A DNA stretch of 64,000 nt from an uncultured Gammaproteobacteria bacterium. Lineage in GTDB: Bacteria > Patescibacteriota > Microgenomatia > UBA10105 > UBA927. The position numbers and the translations under genes were made by a program. The stretch is from the NCBI GenBank assembly GCA_964394685.1, contig CAYMYO010000002.1, positions 98,148 through 162,147 on the forward strand. Reading direction: 5' to 3'. The notes under the pieces are model-generated. The model made no database searches, was not told where the DNA came from, and saw only the letters and a program-made list of their open reading frames with translations. Of this stretch, positions 9,861 through 18,940 are shown in pieces (the stretch's first letter is position 1; the number at the start of each line of letters is the position of its first letter).

Positions 9861-11684
9861 ATGAGCGCTGATGAGATTCGGTCGAAATATTTATCATTTT
9901 TTCAAAAACCTCCCAGGAATCATAAGGTAATTCCATCTGCTCCACTGGTACCTGAAAATGATCCAACAACACTGTTTAACAGCGCTGGTATGCAGCCACT
10001 CATTCCATACCTATTAGGTCAACCTCACCCTTTAGGCAAACGTTTGGTAAACAGTCAAAAATCATTCAGGTCTCAGGATATTGATGAAGTCGGGGATAAC
10101 CGGCATACCACATTTTTTGAAATGCTCGGGAATTGGTCTTTGGGAGATTACTTTAAAAAAGAACAGCTTTCATGGTTTTATGAATTTCTCACACGTGAAT
10201 TGGGACTAGATCCAAAAAAACTGTATATTTCTGTATTTCAAGGAAATGGAAGCGCTCCAAAAGATGAAGAATCATACGGTATTTGGAAAAGCCTTGGATT
10301 CCCTGATGATCACATTTTTTACTACGATGTCAGTAAAAACTGGTGGAGCAGATCTGGAGCTCCAGAACAAATGACTGCTGGTGAACCGGGCGGACCGGAC
10401 AGTGAAGTGTTTTATGACTTCGGCATACCACATGATGCAAAATTCGGTAAGAAATGTCATCCGAATTGCCAATGCGGACGGTTTATGGAAATAGGCAATT
10501 CCGTATTTATGGAATACCAAAAAACATCTGATGGAAACATTGTGCCACTCCCCCAACGAAGCGTAGATTTTGGTGGGGGACTTGAAAGATTTAATGCTGT
10601 TGTTAACGGCACGCCGGATATTTTTACAACAGATAGCTTTTCTTCCATTATTTCCATCATTGAGCATGTTACAAAAAAGTCTTACGGAAAAAACATTGCT
10701 GAAACAACATCCATGCGAATAGTTGCAGACCATATCCGAGGGGCTGTCATGATGATGGCTGATGGAGTAGTACCAGGTAATAAACAACAGGGGTATATGT
10801 TGCGCAGACTCATCCGCAGGTCAATGCTTCATATCCGAAAACTTGGCCTTTGGGGTGAATGGAGTTATATCCCAGCTCTTGTTGCAGCGGTGATCAACCT
10901 CTATGAAGATGCATATCCGGAAATTGTTCCGAAACAGGACATCATTGAGAAACTGTTTATTGATGAAGCAAGCCGTTTTGGAAAAACAATTGAAAAGGGA
11001 CTAAAAGAAATTGAAAAAATTCCAACACTAGACGGAAAACAGGCGTTCACTCTTTATGAAACATACGGATTTCCTTGGGAAGTGACAGAGGAAATTGCAC
11101 GCGATAAAGGGCAAGTAGTTGATAGAGTTCAATTTGAAGATGAATTTAAAAAGCATCAGGAACTTTCGCGGACGGCAAGCGCAGGAATGTTTAAAGGAGG
11201 ACTTGCTGATCACAGTGAGGAAACGACCGAGCTTCATACCGCAACTCACCTATTACATGCAGCACTGCGGAAAGTATTAGGGGATCATATCGGGCAAAAA
11301 GGAAGTAACATAACAGGAGAGCGTTTGCGATTTGATTTTTCCCATCCGACAAAAATTACACCAGATGAACTGAAAACAATTGAAGATTTGGTAAATAACG
11401 CGATCGCGAAAAATTATCAGGTTTCCTATGTGGAGATGGACAAAACCGAAGCACTTGCTTTCGGCGCCCTTGGATTTTTTACGGAAAAATACGGTGACAA
11501 AGTTAAGGTTTATACAATTGGTGCTTCTTGCGAGATTTGTGGTGGACCGCACGTTTCCTTTACAGGGCAGCTTGGGCACTTTACAATAGATAAAGAGGAG
11601 TCAGCGAGTTTCGGCATCCGCCGGATCTATGCACACCTAACTCATGAATCTACCAGAACCACTACAGCAACTGTTTCGTCCTAA
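9861..11684 (+). CDS. alaS: Alanine--tRNA ligase, short form without C-Ala domain
   Basis: DPTTLFNSAGMQP, HTTFFEMLGNWS.GDYFK, VDFGGGLER, HTATHLLHAALR, CGGPHV. Confidence 0.97.
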   Translation: MSADEIRSKYLSFFQKPPRNHKVIPSAPLVPENDPTTLFNSAGMQPLIPYLLGQPHPLGKRLVNSQKSFRSQDIDEVGDNRHTTFFEMLGNWSLGDYFKKEQLSWFYEFLTRELGLDPKKLYISVFQGNGSAPKDEESYGIWKSLGFPDDHIFYYDVSKNWWSRSGAPEQMTAGEPGGPDSEVFYDFGIPHDAKFGKKCHPNCQCGRFMEIGNSVFMEYQKTSDGNIVPLPQRSVDFGGGLERFNAVVNGTPDIFTTDSFSSIISIIEHVTKKSYGKNIAETTSMRIVADHIRGAVMMMADGVVPGNKQQGYMLRRLIRRSMLHIRKLGLWGEWSYIPALVAAVINLYEDAYPEIVPKQDIIEKLFIDEASRFGKTIEKGLKEIEKIPTLDGKQAFTLYETYGFPWEVTEEIARDKGQVVDRVQFEDEFKKHQELSRTASAGMFKGGLADHSEETTELHTATHLLHAALRKVLGDHIGQKGSNITGERLRFDFSHPTKITPDELKTIEDLVNNAIAKNYQVSYVEMDKTEALAFGALGFFTEKYGDKVKVYTIGASCEICGGPHVSFTGQLGHFTIDKEESASFGIRRIYAHLTHESTRTTTATVSS

Positions 11685-13821
11685 AAAACCTCGGAAGGAA
11701 CTGTATCTTTCGATTGCGCTTTGCCATTTCCATATCGGAGCATGCGCGTGGTCAATGGATGCTGATGGAGTGCTCCTTGTTGCAGCTTCTGAAAGTAAAA
11801 AACTTGGAGTGTATAGCTGGGAAAATCGTATTGAAATTGCAGACGAGCTCATTGAAAAATTATCTGAATATGCAGGAACTGATGCTATTCACCAAGTAGT
11901 CTTTGGATTGTCTCAAGATATGCTGACTGCGTCAGGAGATATTGAAAAAGGAGTAAAACTTGAGTTGAAAAAGATGTCAACCATGTTGGATTTATCTCCT
12001 GTTGGATTTGTGAATATTGATACAGCAGTGGTATTTCAGATAAAACATGATGAAGGAGTGCCTCCGAGCGTCATTCTTTTACATGTGCAAGGGGATGAAA
12101 TGACTATGTCTCTGTATCGCGTTGGAATCTGTGTTGGGACGCGAACCATTCAAAAAACTGAATTTATTGTTGAAGATGTTGAGACCGCAATCAAAAGCTT
12201 TTCTGACGTTGAAGTGCTCCCCTCCCGGATACTTCTTTTCGGAGATGATACAAATGTTTTGGAAACCATACAATCGCAACTGTTAACACATCAATGGCCA
12301 AACCGAGTAAATTTTCTTCACTATCCAAAAATTGATGTTATGCCTGTGGAAGACGTTGCCCGTGCAGTGGCTCTCGCTGGAGCAAGCGAATTAGCTTCCG
12401 CAATGGGCATTGATACTGAAGAACAAGAAACAACTGTTGTAGCGCAACCAGAAGAAAAGCTTGTCGCTGAAGAAAAACCATCTTCGGAAGATAAAGATAT
12501 TGTTGAGGAAATTGATGATGCATTTGGTAAGGACATAGATAAAGAGAAGTTAGAAGAAATTGAAATTAGTCCTGAAGATGCAAATGTGGTTTCGGTATCA
12601 CCAGAAGTATTAGGGTTTGGGAAAAAACATTTTCAAATGCCTAAAATGCCTAAACTGCCAAAAATACCAATTCACGGAATTACGCTTCCACTTGGAATTA
12701 TCGGAATTCTCATTGTTGTTCTTTTAGGATTTCTTTACTATTTTCTTCCAAAAGCAACTATCACTATCGGTGTACTGCCGCAGGTGATTACCAAGGAAAA
12801 AGCAGTCACTATTTCAACGGTTGCAACAGGAGTAGATGGAGAGAAATTTATTGTTCCGGGGAAAAAACAAGAAAAATCCATATCCGGAGAAAAAACTATG
12901 CCGGTCACCGGAAAGAAAAAAATCGGCGACCCCGCTCGCGGAACAGTCACAGTATATAACCACGATGAGACTAATCCCCTTGTTTTAAAAAGAGGCACAG
13001 TGTTTATTAGTAATTCGTTAGAATTTACTTTAGATAGTGATGTAACGATTCCCTCCGCAAGTGTTTCTGGATTAACGCTTGGTGGCAAGACGACAACATT
13101 TGGAAAACGTTCTGCTGTACTGACAGCATCAAATATTGGAACAGATAGTAATTTGCCAATTGATCAAAAATTTACTGTTAAGAATATGTCTACAGAAGAT
13201 GTTACTGCATCAAATGCGCAGGCATTTACTGGAGGAACGAGCAGACAAGCAACTGTTGTATCACGGGCTGATTATGATGCGCTCATCAAGGCACTCACCG
13301 ATGAGCTGGTTGTCAAAGCAAAAGAAGAACTTTCCCAAGGAGTGATAGGAGGAGAAAAATTAATTGAGCAGACAATCAAAACAACGGTGACAAGTAAAAC
13401 ATTTACAGAAGAATTGGATCAGGAAGCAAAAGAGTTGCATGGTAAGGCAACTATAACCGTAAGTGGAACTTCGTATAAAGAGGAGGATATTCAATTACTT
13501 TTGTTAACGCTCGCTTCTAAAGATATTCAATCAGGATATATCGCAAATGAAGGAAGAACGACCATAACAGTGACAAGTCCAATAGTGAAAAAAGACGGAA
13601 CTATTGCCGCTCAAGCTTCAATTCGATTGGTATCTATTCCAAAAATTGATGTTGAGAAGGTACGAAAATCACTGGTAGGAAAATCATTTATGAGTGCTCA
13701 AGCACTCTTAAAACAAATTCAGGGAGTGGGAAGCGCTGAGTTTGTATTTAAACGATCACTTGGGAATAAACTTCCGTTAAAAGCAACGAATATCACCATT
13801 GACGTTGTCATAGTCCAGTAA
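11644..13821 (+). CDS. Membrane protein with N-terminal FtsA/actin-like region and C-terminal baseplate-J-like region
   Basis: Acidic linker, single TM segment, ARGTVTVYN and FTGG motifs; domain names recalled from CPR homologues, not searched. Confidence 0.55.
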   Translation: MNLPEPLQQLFRPKKPRKELYLSIALCHFHIGACAWSMDADGVLLVAASESKKLGVYSWENRIEIADELIEKLSEYAGTDAIHQVVFGLSQDMLTASGDIEKGVKLELKKMSTMLDLSPVGFVNIDTAVVFQIKHDEGVPPSVILLHVQGDEMTMSLYRVGICVGTRTIQKTEFIVEDVETAIKSFSDVEVLPSRILLFGDDTNVLETIQSQLLTHQWPNRVNFLHYPKIDVMPVEDVARAVALAGASELASAMGIDTEEQETTVVAQPEEKLVAEEKPSSEDKDIVEEIDDAFGKDIDKEKLEEIEISPEDANVVSVSPEVLGFGKKHFQMPKMPKLPKIPIHGITLPLGIIGILIVVLLGFLYYFLPKATITIGVLPQVITKEKAVTISTVATGVDGEKFIVPGKKQEKSISGEKTMPVTGKKKIGDPARGTVTVYNHDETNPLVLKRGTVFISNSLEFTLDSDVTIPSASVSGLTLGGKTTTFGKRSAVLTASNIGTDSNLPIDQKFTVKNMSTEDVTASNAQAFTGGTSRQATVVSRADYDALIKALTDELVVKAKEELSQGVIGGEKLIEQTIKTTVTSKTFTEELDQEAKELHGKATITVSGTSYKEEDIQLLLLTLASKDIQSGYIANEGRTTITVTSPIVKKDGTIAAQASIRLVSIPKIDVEKVRKSLVGKSFMSAQALLKQIQGVGSAEFVFKRSLGNKLPLKATNITIDVVIVQ

Positions 13822-13822
13822 T

Positions 13823-14503
13823 ATGCCACTGTACCGCTACGTGAAAGCCATACCAAAAAAACCGGTGAAACGATCGGTGTACGTATCATATGGTCTTATG
13901 GGGACAGGAGTATTGATTTTATTATGGACTCTCTGGCCAATTCTATCTTTTTCAACGCTTGCCAACTCGCTATCTAAAACAGTTTCTCCAGTAGGTCCGT
14001 TTACCCCTATTGCACAAGCAGCAGATATTCTAAATCCTAATACGTGGTTTCCGACGTCTCCACAAAAACGAGTGACGGCGAAAGTAAACACGTACACGCT
14101 TTCTATTCCTAAGATAAAGATCAAAGACGCATTGGTCACTATATCTGGAGATGATTTAATGGTGAGTTTAGTGCATTATGGAGGTACTCCGTTGCCGGGG
14201 CAGTATGGTAATAGTGTGATATTTGGTCACTCAACCCTTCCGCAATTTTTTAGTCCGACGAATTACAAAACAATATTTTCACTTCTTCCAACGATGAAAA
14301 TTGGTGATGTTATAGATGTGATGTATGATGGAGTCAAATATTCTTATATTGTGTATGACATGGTGGTAGTTGAACCGACGGATTTATCTCCTCTTGAACA
14401 GCGATTTGATGATTCATATATGACCCTCGTAACGTGTGTTCCACCGGGAACCTATTGGAAGCGGCTTAATGTAAAAGCGCGGCTTATGAAAACACCATCA
14501 TAG
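13823..14503 (+). CDS. Sortase
   Basis: LSIPKI, PGQYGNSVIFGHS, MTLVTCVPPG...RLNV (His/Cys/Arg triad). Confidence 0.92.
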   Translation: MPLYRYVKAIPKKPVKRSVYVSYGLMGTGVLILLWTLWPILSFSTLANSLSKTVSPVGPFTPIAQAADILNPNTWFPTSPQKRVTAKVNTYTLSIPKIKIKDALVTISGDDLMVSLVHYGGTPLPGQYGNSVIFGHSTLPQFFSPTNYKTIFSLLPTMKIGDVIDVMYDGVKYSYIVYDMVVVEPTDLSPLEQRFDDSYMTLVTCVPPGTYWKRLNVKARLMKTPS

Positions 14504-14533
14504 TGACAACGTGATATACTATGCATACAGAAT

Positions 14534-14725
14534 ATGTTTAAAAACATGATCGCACCAGTACAAGCATGGCTTCTTTCCCAAGGAAAATGTGTTGGATGTG
14601 GAAAACCATTGGATAAACCTCAAGGAAAGGGATTTCTTCAGATAACGTGTGCGTGTGGACGGATGTATATGTTTGATGCCCAATCAAATAAATACAGGAG
14701 GGCAACGCTCGATGAAATTAAATAA
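14534..14725 (+). CDS. Small zinc-ribbon protein
   Basis: CVGCG and CACGR; overlaps the mltG start. Confidence 0.7.
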   Translation: MFKNMIAPVQAWLLSQGKCVGCGKPLDKPQGKGFLQITCACGRMYMFDAQSNKYRRATLDEIK

Positions 14726-15692
14726 TATTGTGAAGGTCCGCATCATTGTTACTGTGATTATTATTTTCTTTTCTGTGTTGGGTGGATATCTTTGGTGGAC
14801 GTATGCGATGGGGCCAGTCGATACAAATGATACTACACCAATGATGTTTGTTGTTCCCCGCGGGCAAGGATCCAAAGAATTATCGAAGCGACTTGCAACA
14901 ACTGGACTTATTCGAAGTCAAATTGGTTTTTATCTTCTTGTACGGTTTTTCGGAACCGATGGACAAATCCAGGCAGGGGATTTCCGCTTAAATAAATCCA
15001 TGGATGCAAAAACCATTGCCTCGGAACTCACCCGCGGCATGCTTGATGTTTGGGTGACAACATTAGAAGGATGGAGAAATGAAGAAATTGCAATGGTGCT
15101 TTCTAAAGACTTGAATATTCCGGAAAAAGAATTTTTAGAAGTAGCTCAAGAAGGGTATATGTTTCCTGATACATATCTTATCCCAAAAGATGCAACAGCA
15201 GGGGCAATTGTTTCAATGTTTATTGATAATTTCAATAAAAAAGTTACACCAGAAATGTTGAGCACACTTAAAAAAGAAGGGATGACAAAAGATGAACTTG
15301 TTATTATTGCGTCACTGGTTGAACGGGAAGGGAGAACGAATACCGATCGGCCAATTATTGCTGGCATTCTTCTTAATCGTCTTCGGAGAAACTGGCCTTT
15401 ACAGGTTGATGCAACACTTCAATATGCTCTTGGGTATCAACAACGGGAAAAAATATGGTGGAAAAAAGAGTTGACTGATGAAGACAAAAAAATTGATTCT
15501 CAATACAATACCTATCTCAATCCTGGACTTCCTCCTGCACCAATTGCAAATTCTGGACTTGAAGCAATTAAAGCAGTTATCAATTCTCAAGTAACCGAAT
15601 ATATGTTTTATTTGCATGATAAAAATGGTGTGGCTCATTATGCTAAAACTATTGAGGGTCACGTAGAAAATATAACCAAATATTTAGAGTAA
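14712..15692 (+). CDS. mltG: Endolytic transglycosylase MltG
   Basis: EGYMFPDTY, IASLVEREG, LQVDAT, YNTY..PGLPP.PIAN. Confidence 0.95.
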   Translation: MKLNNIVKVRIIVTVIIIFFSVLGGYLWWTYAMGPVDTNDTTPMMFVVPRGQGSKELSKRLATTGLIRSQIGFYLLVRFFGTDGQIQAGDFRLNKSMDAKTIASELTRGMLDVWVTTLEGWRNEEIAMVLSKDLNIPEKEFLEVAQEGYMFPDTYLIPKDATAGAIVSMFIDNFNKKVTPEMLSTLKKEGMTKDELVIIASLVEREGRTNTDRPIIAGILLNRLRRNWPLQVDATLQYALGYQQREKIWWKKELTDEDKKIDSQYNTYLNPGLPPAPIANSGLEAIKAVINSQVTEYMFYLHDKNGVAHYAKTIEGHVENITKYLE

Positions 15693-15696
15693 TTTC

Positions 15697-17376
15697 ATGA
15701 AGCGGCTGTTTTATTATATTGTTAGTTTCTTTGTTTTTCTTGTGCTTCCATTTTCAGTTCGCGCGGAAGATATCCGTAATTTTACCACAACTATCACAGT
15801 TGCAAACAATAGTTCCATGACTGTGTCTGAGGATATTACATATAATTTCGGTACTGTTGACCGGCATGGAATATTTCGAACTATTCCCATAACGAAAACC
15901 AATGATCAGGGGGAGAAATTTAAACTCGATATTACTGGGATTAGTGTCGTGGATAGTCAGGGAGTGCCGTATCAAATGCAACAAACGTCCACTTCAGATG
16001 AAATAACATTGAAAATCGGAGATCCGAATAAAACCATTACTGGTGTTTATACCTATCGTATTACATATACTGTTTCTGGAGCATTCGTTCCATTTTCTGA
16101 TCATGATGAATTATATTGGAATATCGTCGAAACAAAATGGGAAGTGCCTATTCAGAAAGTCAGAGTTGTCGTGCAGTTTCCCTTTTCATCCGTTTCTGGT
16201 GACATACAACTTGCCTGTTACACAGGAGTGTATAAAAGTATTTCCCAAGGATGTACGACTTCATACAACAGCGGTACGGTAACTGTTGATTCAACAAGTA
16301 GTTTATCCTCAGGAGAAGGGTTATCTGTTGTCATTGGGTTTCCGAAAAATTTACTCACAATTACTGAAGCCAAAAAAATTAATACTAGATGGGAAACCAT
16401 CATTGGATTTATCATGAGCATACTATTTATTCTAGCTGGGCTCTCTTGGTATGTGGTTGCTCCGCTTTGGATAATTATTCATTGGTATAGAATTGGTCGT
16501 GATCCGAAAGGAACCGTCGGAGCCGCGCATGTGTGGTTTGACGTGCCGAAGTTAAAAAATGGGAAAATACTTACTCCTGGTGAAACAGGAACGCTGGTCG
16601 ATGAGACAACAGATTTAAAGGATATTACCGCGACAATTATTGATTTAGCGAGACGCGGATATACAAAAATTGTTGAAAAAAAGAAAAATGATTTTTACCT
16701 GGAAAAAACAACGCCAAAAAAAGATGCAGGCATGGATTCATTTGAGAAAAAATTATATAATGGAATATTTGATGGAGAAGAAAGCATACGGATTAAGGGT
16801 ACAGATTTGGCTCCAGTTGTATCAATTACGAAAGCAGAGCTGTATGAGACCGTGGTGCGGGATGGATTATTTCCAAAAAATCCGCAAACTCAGAGGACTA
16901 TGTATTATATTCTTGCAGCTGTTGCGTTATTTACCGGTAATTTATTACTTGCAGCTGTTGCGTTTTTGTTTGGTCGGGCAATGCCACGAAAAACTATTGA
17001 TGGAGTCAATGCCGCAAATGTTGCTGCTGCGCTCAAGGGTTTTATTGTTTCTCAGGATAGGCAGTATAAATTCCAGGCAGAAAAACAGCTCTTATTTGAA
17101 AAAATGCTTCCCTATGCAATTATCTTTGGAGTTGAAAAAATTTGGGCACAGCGTTTTAAAAATATAGACATAAGTCAGCCATCTTGGTACCAGTCATACA
17201 ATAGTAGTGCTTTTACCACTATGTATTTAGCGAGCAGTCTAAGTCACAGTTTTTCCTCTAGTGTTGTGAGTGCCGCTACACCAATGCGTTCATCATCTGG
17301 ATTTTCATCTGGATTTTCCAGTGGAGGTGGGTTTTCCGGCGGCGGAGGCGGTGGTGGAGGAGGCGGAAGTTGGTAG
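15697..17376 (+). CDS. DUF2207 family membrane protein
   Basis: RHGIFRTIP, DELYWN, LPYAIIFGV, terminal GGGGGGGGGSW. Confidence 0.9.
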   Translation: MKRLFYYIVSFFVFLVLPFSVRAEDIRNFTTTITVANNSSMTVSEDITYNFGTVDRHGIFRTIPITKTNDQGEKFKLDITGISVVDSQGVPYQMQQTSTSDEITLKIGDPNKTITGVYTYRITYTVSGAFVPFSDHDELYWNIVETKWEVPIQKVRVVVQFPFSSVSGDIQLACYTGVYKSISQGCTTSYNSGTVTVDSTSSLSSGEGLSVVIGFPKNLLTITEAKKINTRWETIIGFIMSILFILAGLSWYVVAPLWIIIHWYRIGRDPKGTVGAAHVWFDVPKLKNGKILTPGETGTLVDETTDLKDITATIIDLARRGYTKIVEKKKNDFYLEKTTPKKDAGMDSFEKKLYNGIFDGEESIRIKGTDLAPVVSITKAELYETVVRDGLFPKNPQTQRTMYYILAAVALFTGNLLLAAVAFLFGRAMPRKTIDGVNAANVAAALKGFIVSQDRQYKFQAEKQLLFEKMLPYAIIFGVEKIWAQRFKNIDISQPSWYQSYNSSAFTTMYLASSLSHSFSSSVVSAATPMRSSSGFSSGFSSGGGFSGGGGGGGGGGSW

Positions 17377-17433
17377 TATCTAATACCCTATAATAAAGGT
17401 ATAATAGAAAAGCAGTATGGAAGGAGAATAATT

Positions 17434-17682
17434 ATGGCACGACTAGTGAAAATAACAGCACAGGAACCATTTGAGGTTAAACCACAAGTGAAATCCGTGC
17501 ATATTTGTATGTGTTGATTATCGAAAAATCAACCATTTTGTGATGGATCACACATGAAAACGAACAATGAAGATGAAAAAAAAGTATATGTTTATAGCGA
17601 TAGCGAATCGCGGAAGGAGGTGTGCGATTGCAGCAGCGACAAAAAGTGCGACTGCGGAAGCGCGTGTTGTGAAGGTAAGTAA
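17434..17682 (+). pseudogene. CDGSH iron-sulfur protein with in-frame TGA
   Basis: MARLVKITAQEP...ICMC*LSKNQPFCDGSH...CDCSSDKKCDCGSACCEGK; TGA at 17515-17517; AAGGAG SD upstream. Confidence 0.85.
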
Positions 17683-17711
17683 AAAGGTGTTTTTTTAAAG
17701 AAAGTATTATT

Positions 17712-18101
17712 ATGGCAATGAAATTGTTTGTTGGTAGTTTATCGTATAACACAACTGATCAAACGCTCCGCGATGCATTTTCGCAAGCTGGAACAGTCGT
17801 CACCGCAACGGTAATCATGGACAAATTTTCCGGCAGATCCAAAGGATTTGGATTTGTGGAAATGAGTTCAGATGATGAAGCTAAAAAGGCGATGGAAATG
17901 TGGAATGGGAAAGACCTAGATGGTCGAACTCTCATCGTAAACGAAGCACGTCCTATGGTTCCCCGAGATCAACGCCCAGGAGGCGGATTCGGTGGAGGTG
18001 GTGGACGAGGTGGATACGGTGGTGGATCACGCGGCGGATTTGGTGGTGGACGAGGTGGAGATCGCGGCGGACGGGATGATCGCGGCGGACGGGATTGGTA
18101 A
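17712..18101 (+). CDS. RRM RNA-binding protein with RGG-rich tail
   Basis: KLFVGSL (RNP2), SKGFGFVEM (RNP1), VNEARP. Confidence 0.95.
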   Translation: MAMKLFVGSLSYNTTDQTLRDAFSQAGTVVTATVIMDKFSGRSKGFGFVEMSSDDEAKKAMEMWNGKDLDGRTLIVNEARPMVPRDQRPGGGFGGGGGRGGYGGGSRGGFGGGRGGDRGGRDDRGGRDW

Positions 18102-18117
18102 ATAAAACCTTCTGTCT

Positions 18118-18318
18118 ATGATAAAGACTCTAGCTCTTATTATCGGAGGACTAATGGCTGTTGGTGTATTAGCAGTGGCTTTTAAAACAGTTACAGGTGA
18201 AGATGCGTGGATTTGTTCCGGTGGAACATGGGTGAAACATGGGAAACCATTTTTACCTCAACCGACATTTCCTTGTCCTACTATTGAACTGACGCCAACG
18301 ATAAAAAATAAACGATAA
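18118..18318 (+). CDS. Small membrane-anchored/secreted protein
   Basis: Hydrophobic N-terminus, EDAWIC.GGTWVKHG.P..PQP..PC motif. Confidence 0.7.
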   Translation: MIKTLALIIGGLMAVGVLAVAFKTVTGEDAWICSGGTWVKHGKPFLPQPTFPCPTIELTPTIKNKR

Positions 18319-18328
18319 AATAATAAAA

Positions 18329-18365
18329 CAAAAAACAGTCCGTGTTTTTCATGGGCTGTTTTTTT
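18329..18365 (+). terminator. Intrinsic terminator
   Basis: AAAAACAGTCCGTG-TTTT-CATGGGCTGTTTTT stem followed by a T run. Confidence 0.7.
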
Positions 18366-18393
18366 GTTGTAGAATGAATACAAGGAGTACAGT

Positions 18394-18810
18394 ATGCCTT
18401 GGTATGTGTATGCGTTTTTATCCGCAATTTTTGCTGCAGCAGTTGCAATACTTGGGAAAATTGGAGTAGCAAACATTAATTCCAACCTCGCTACAGCAAT
18501 CCGGACCATTGTCATTTTTGCGTGGGGTATTGTATTTGCACAGGGGACGCATAAGCAATTAGGAAGCATTCCAAAAAATACAATCATCTTTTTAATTCTG
18601 TCTGGGATAGCGACGGGTTTATCATGGCTCTTTTATTTTAGAGCACTCCAACTTGGGACCGCCTCACAGGTGGCTCCGATTGATAAATTCAGCCTGGTTT
18701 TGACGATTATCTTTGCATTTTTATTTTTGAAAGAAAAAGTTACTCTGTCGGTACTAGCTGGGGTTATTTGTATTACTATCGGAATCTTACTCGTACTTCT
18801 CAATAAATAA
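18394..18810 (+). CDS. EamA family transporter (single domain)
   Basis: SNLATAIRT, SWLFYFRALQLG.ASQVAPIDK. Confidence 0.9.
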   Translation: MPWYVYAFLSAIFAAAVAILGKIGVANINSNLATAIRTIVIFAWGIVFAQGTHKQLGSIPKNTIIFLILSGIATGLSWLFYFRALQLGTASQVAPIDKFSLVLTIIFAFLFLKEKVTLSVLAGVICITIGILLVLLNK

Positions 18811-18819
18811 TTCTCCTAG

Positions 18820-18847
18820 TTGACAGGATGGGAAATATAAGTATAAT
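18820..18847 (+). promoter_or_regulatory. Consensus sigma70 promoter for rpoBC
   Basis: TTGACA (18820-18825), 16-nt spacer, TATAAT (18842-18847). Confidence 0.8.
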
Positions 18848-18867
18848 TAATGGTAATTGAATAGCCT

Positions 18868-18903
18868 AAAGAGGTGAACGATCATTGTTCACTTCTTTCT
18901 TTT
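18868..18903 (+). terminator. Terminator-like hairpin in the rpoB leader
   Basis: AAAGAGGTGAACGA-TCA-TTGTTCACTTCTTT followed by a T-rich tract. Confidence 0.55.
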
Positions 18904-18940
18904 GCGTTTTTATTAAAGAATTTATAGGGATTTATTGTTA

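Noticed and set aside
12635-12670. 9-bp tandem repeat (MPKMPKLPKIP)
   Set aside because: Short low-complexity linker repeat.
11644-13821. Prophage suggested by a baseplate-J-like domain
   Set aside because: No other phage genes; embedded among housekeeping genes.
16912-16964. 17-bp direct repeat CTTGCAGCTGTTGCGTT
   Set aside because: In-frame LAAVA duplication in a TM segment; no sign of an element.
17515-17517. Selenocysteine or genome-wide TGA recoding
   Set aside because: The position aligns with Gly, not Cys, and TGA ends other genes; long core genes have no internal TGA.
17980-18098. GGT/GGA-rich and GATCGCGGCGGACGG repeats
   Set aside because: Explained by the RGG tail of the RRM protein; likewise the Gly tail at ~17325-17373.
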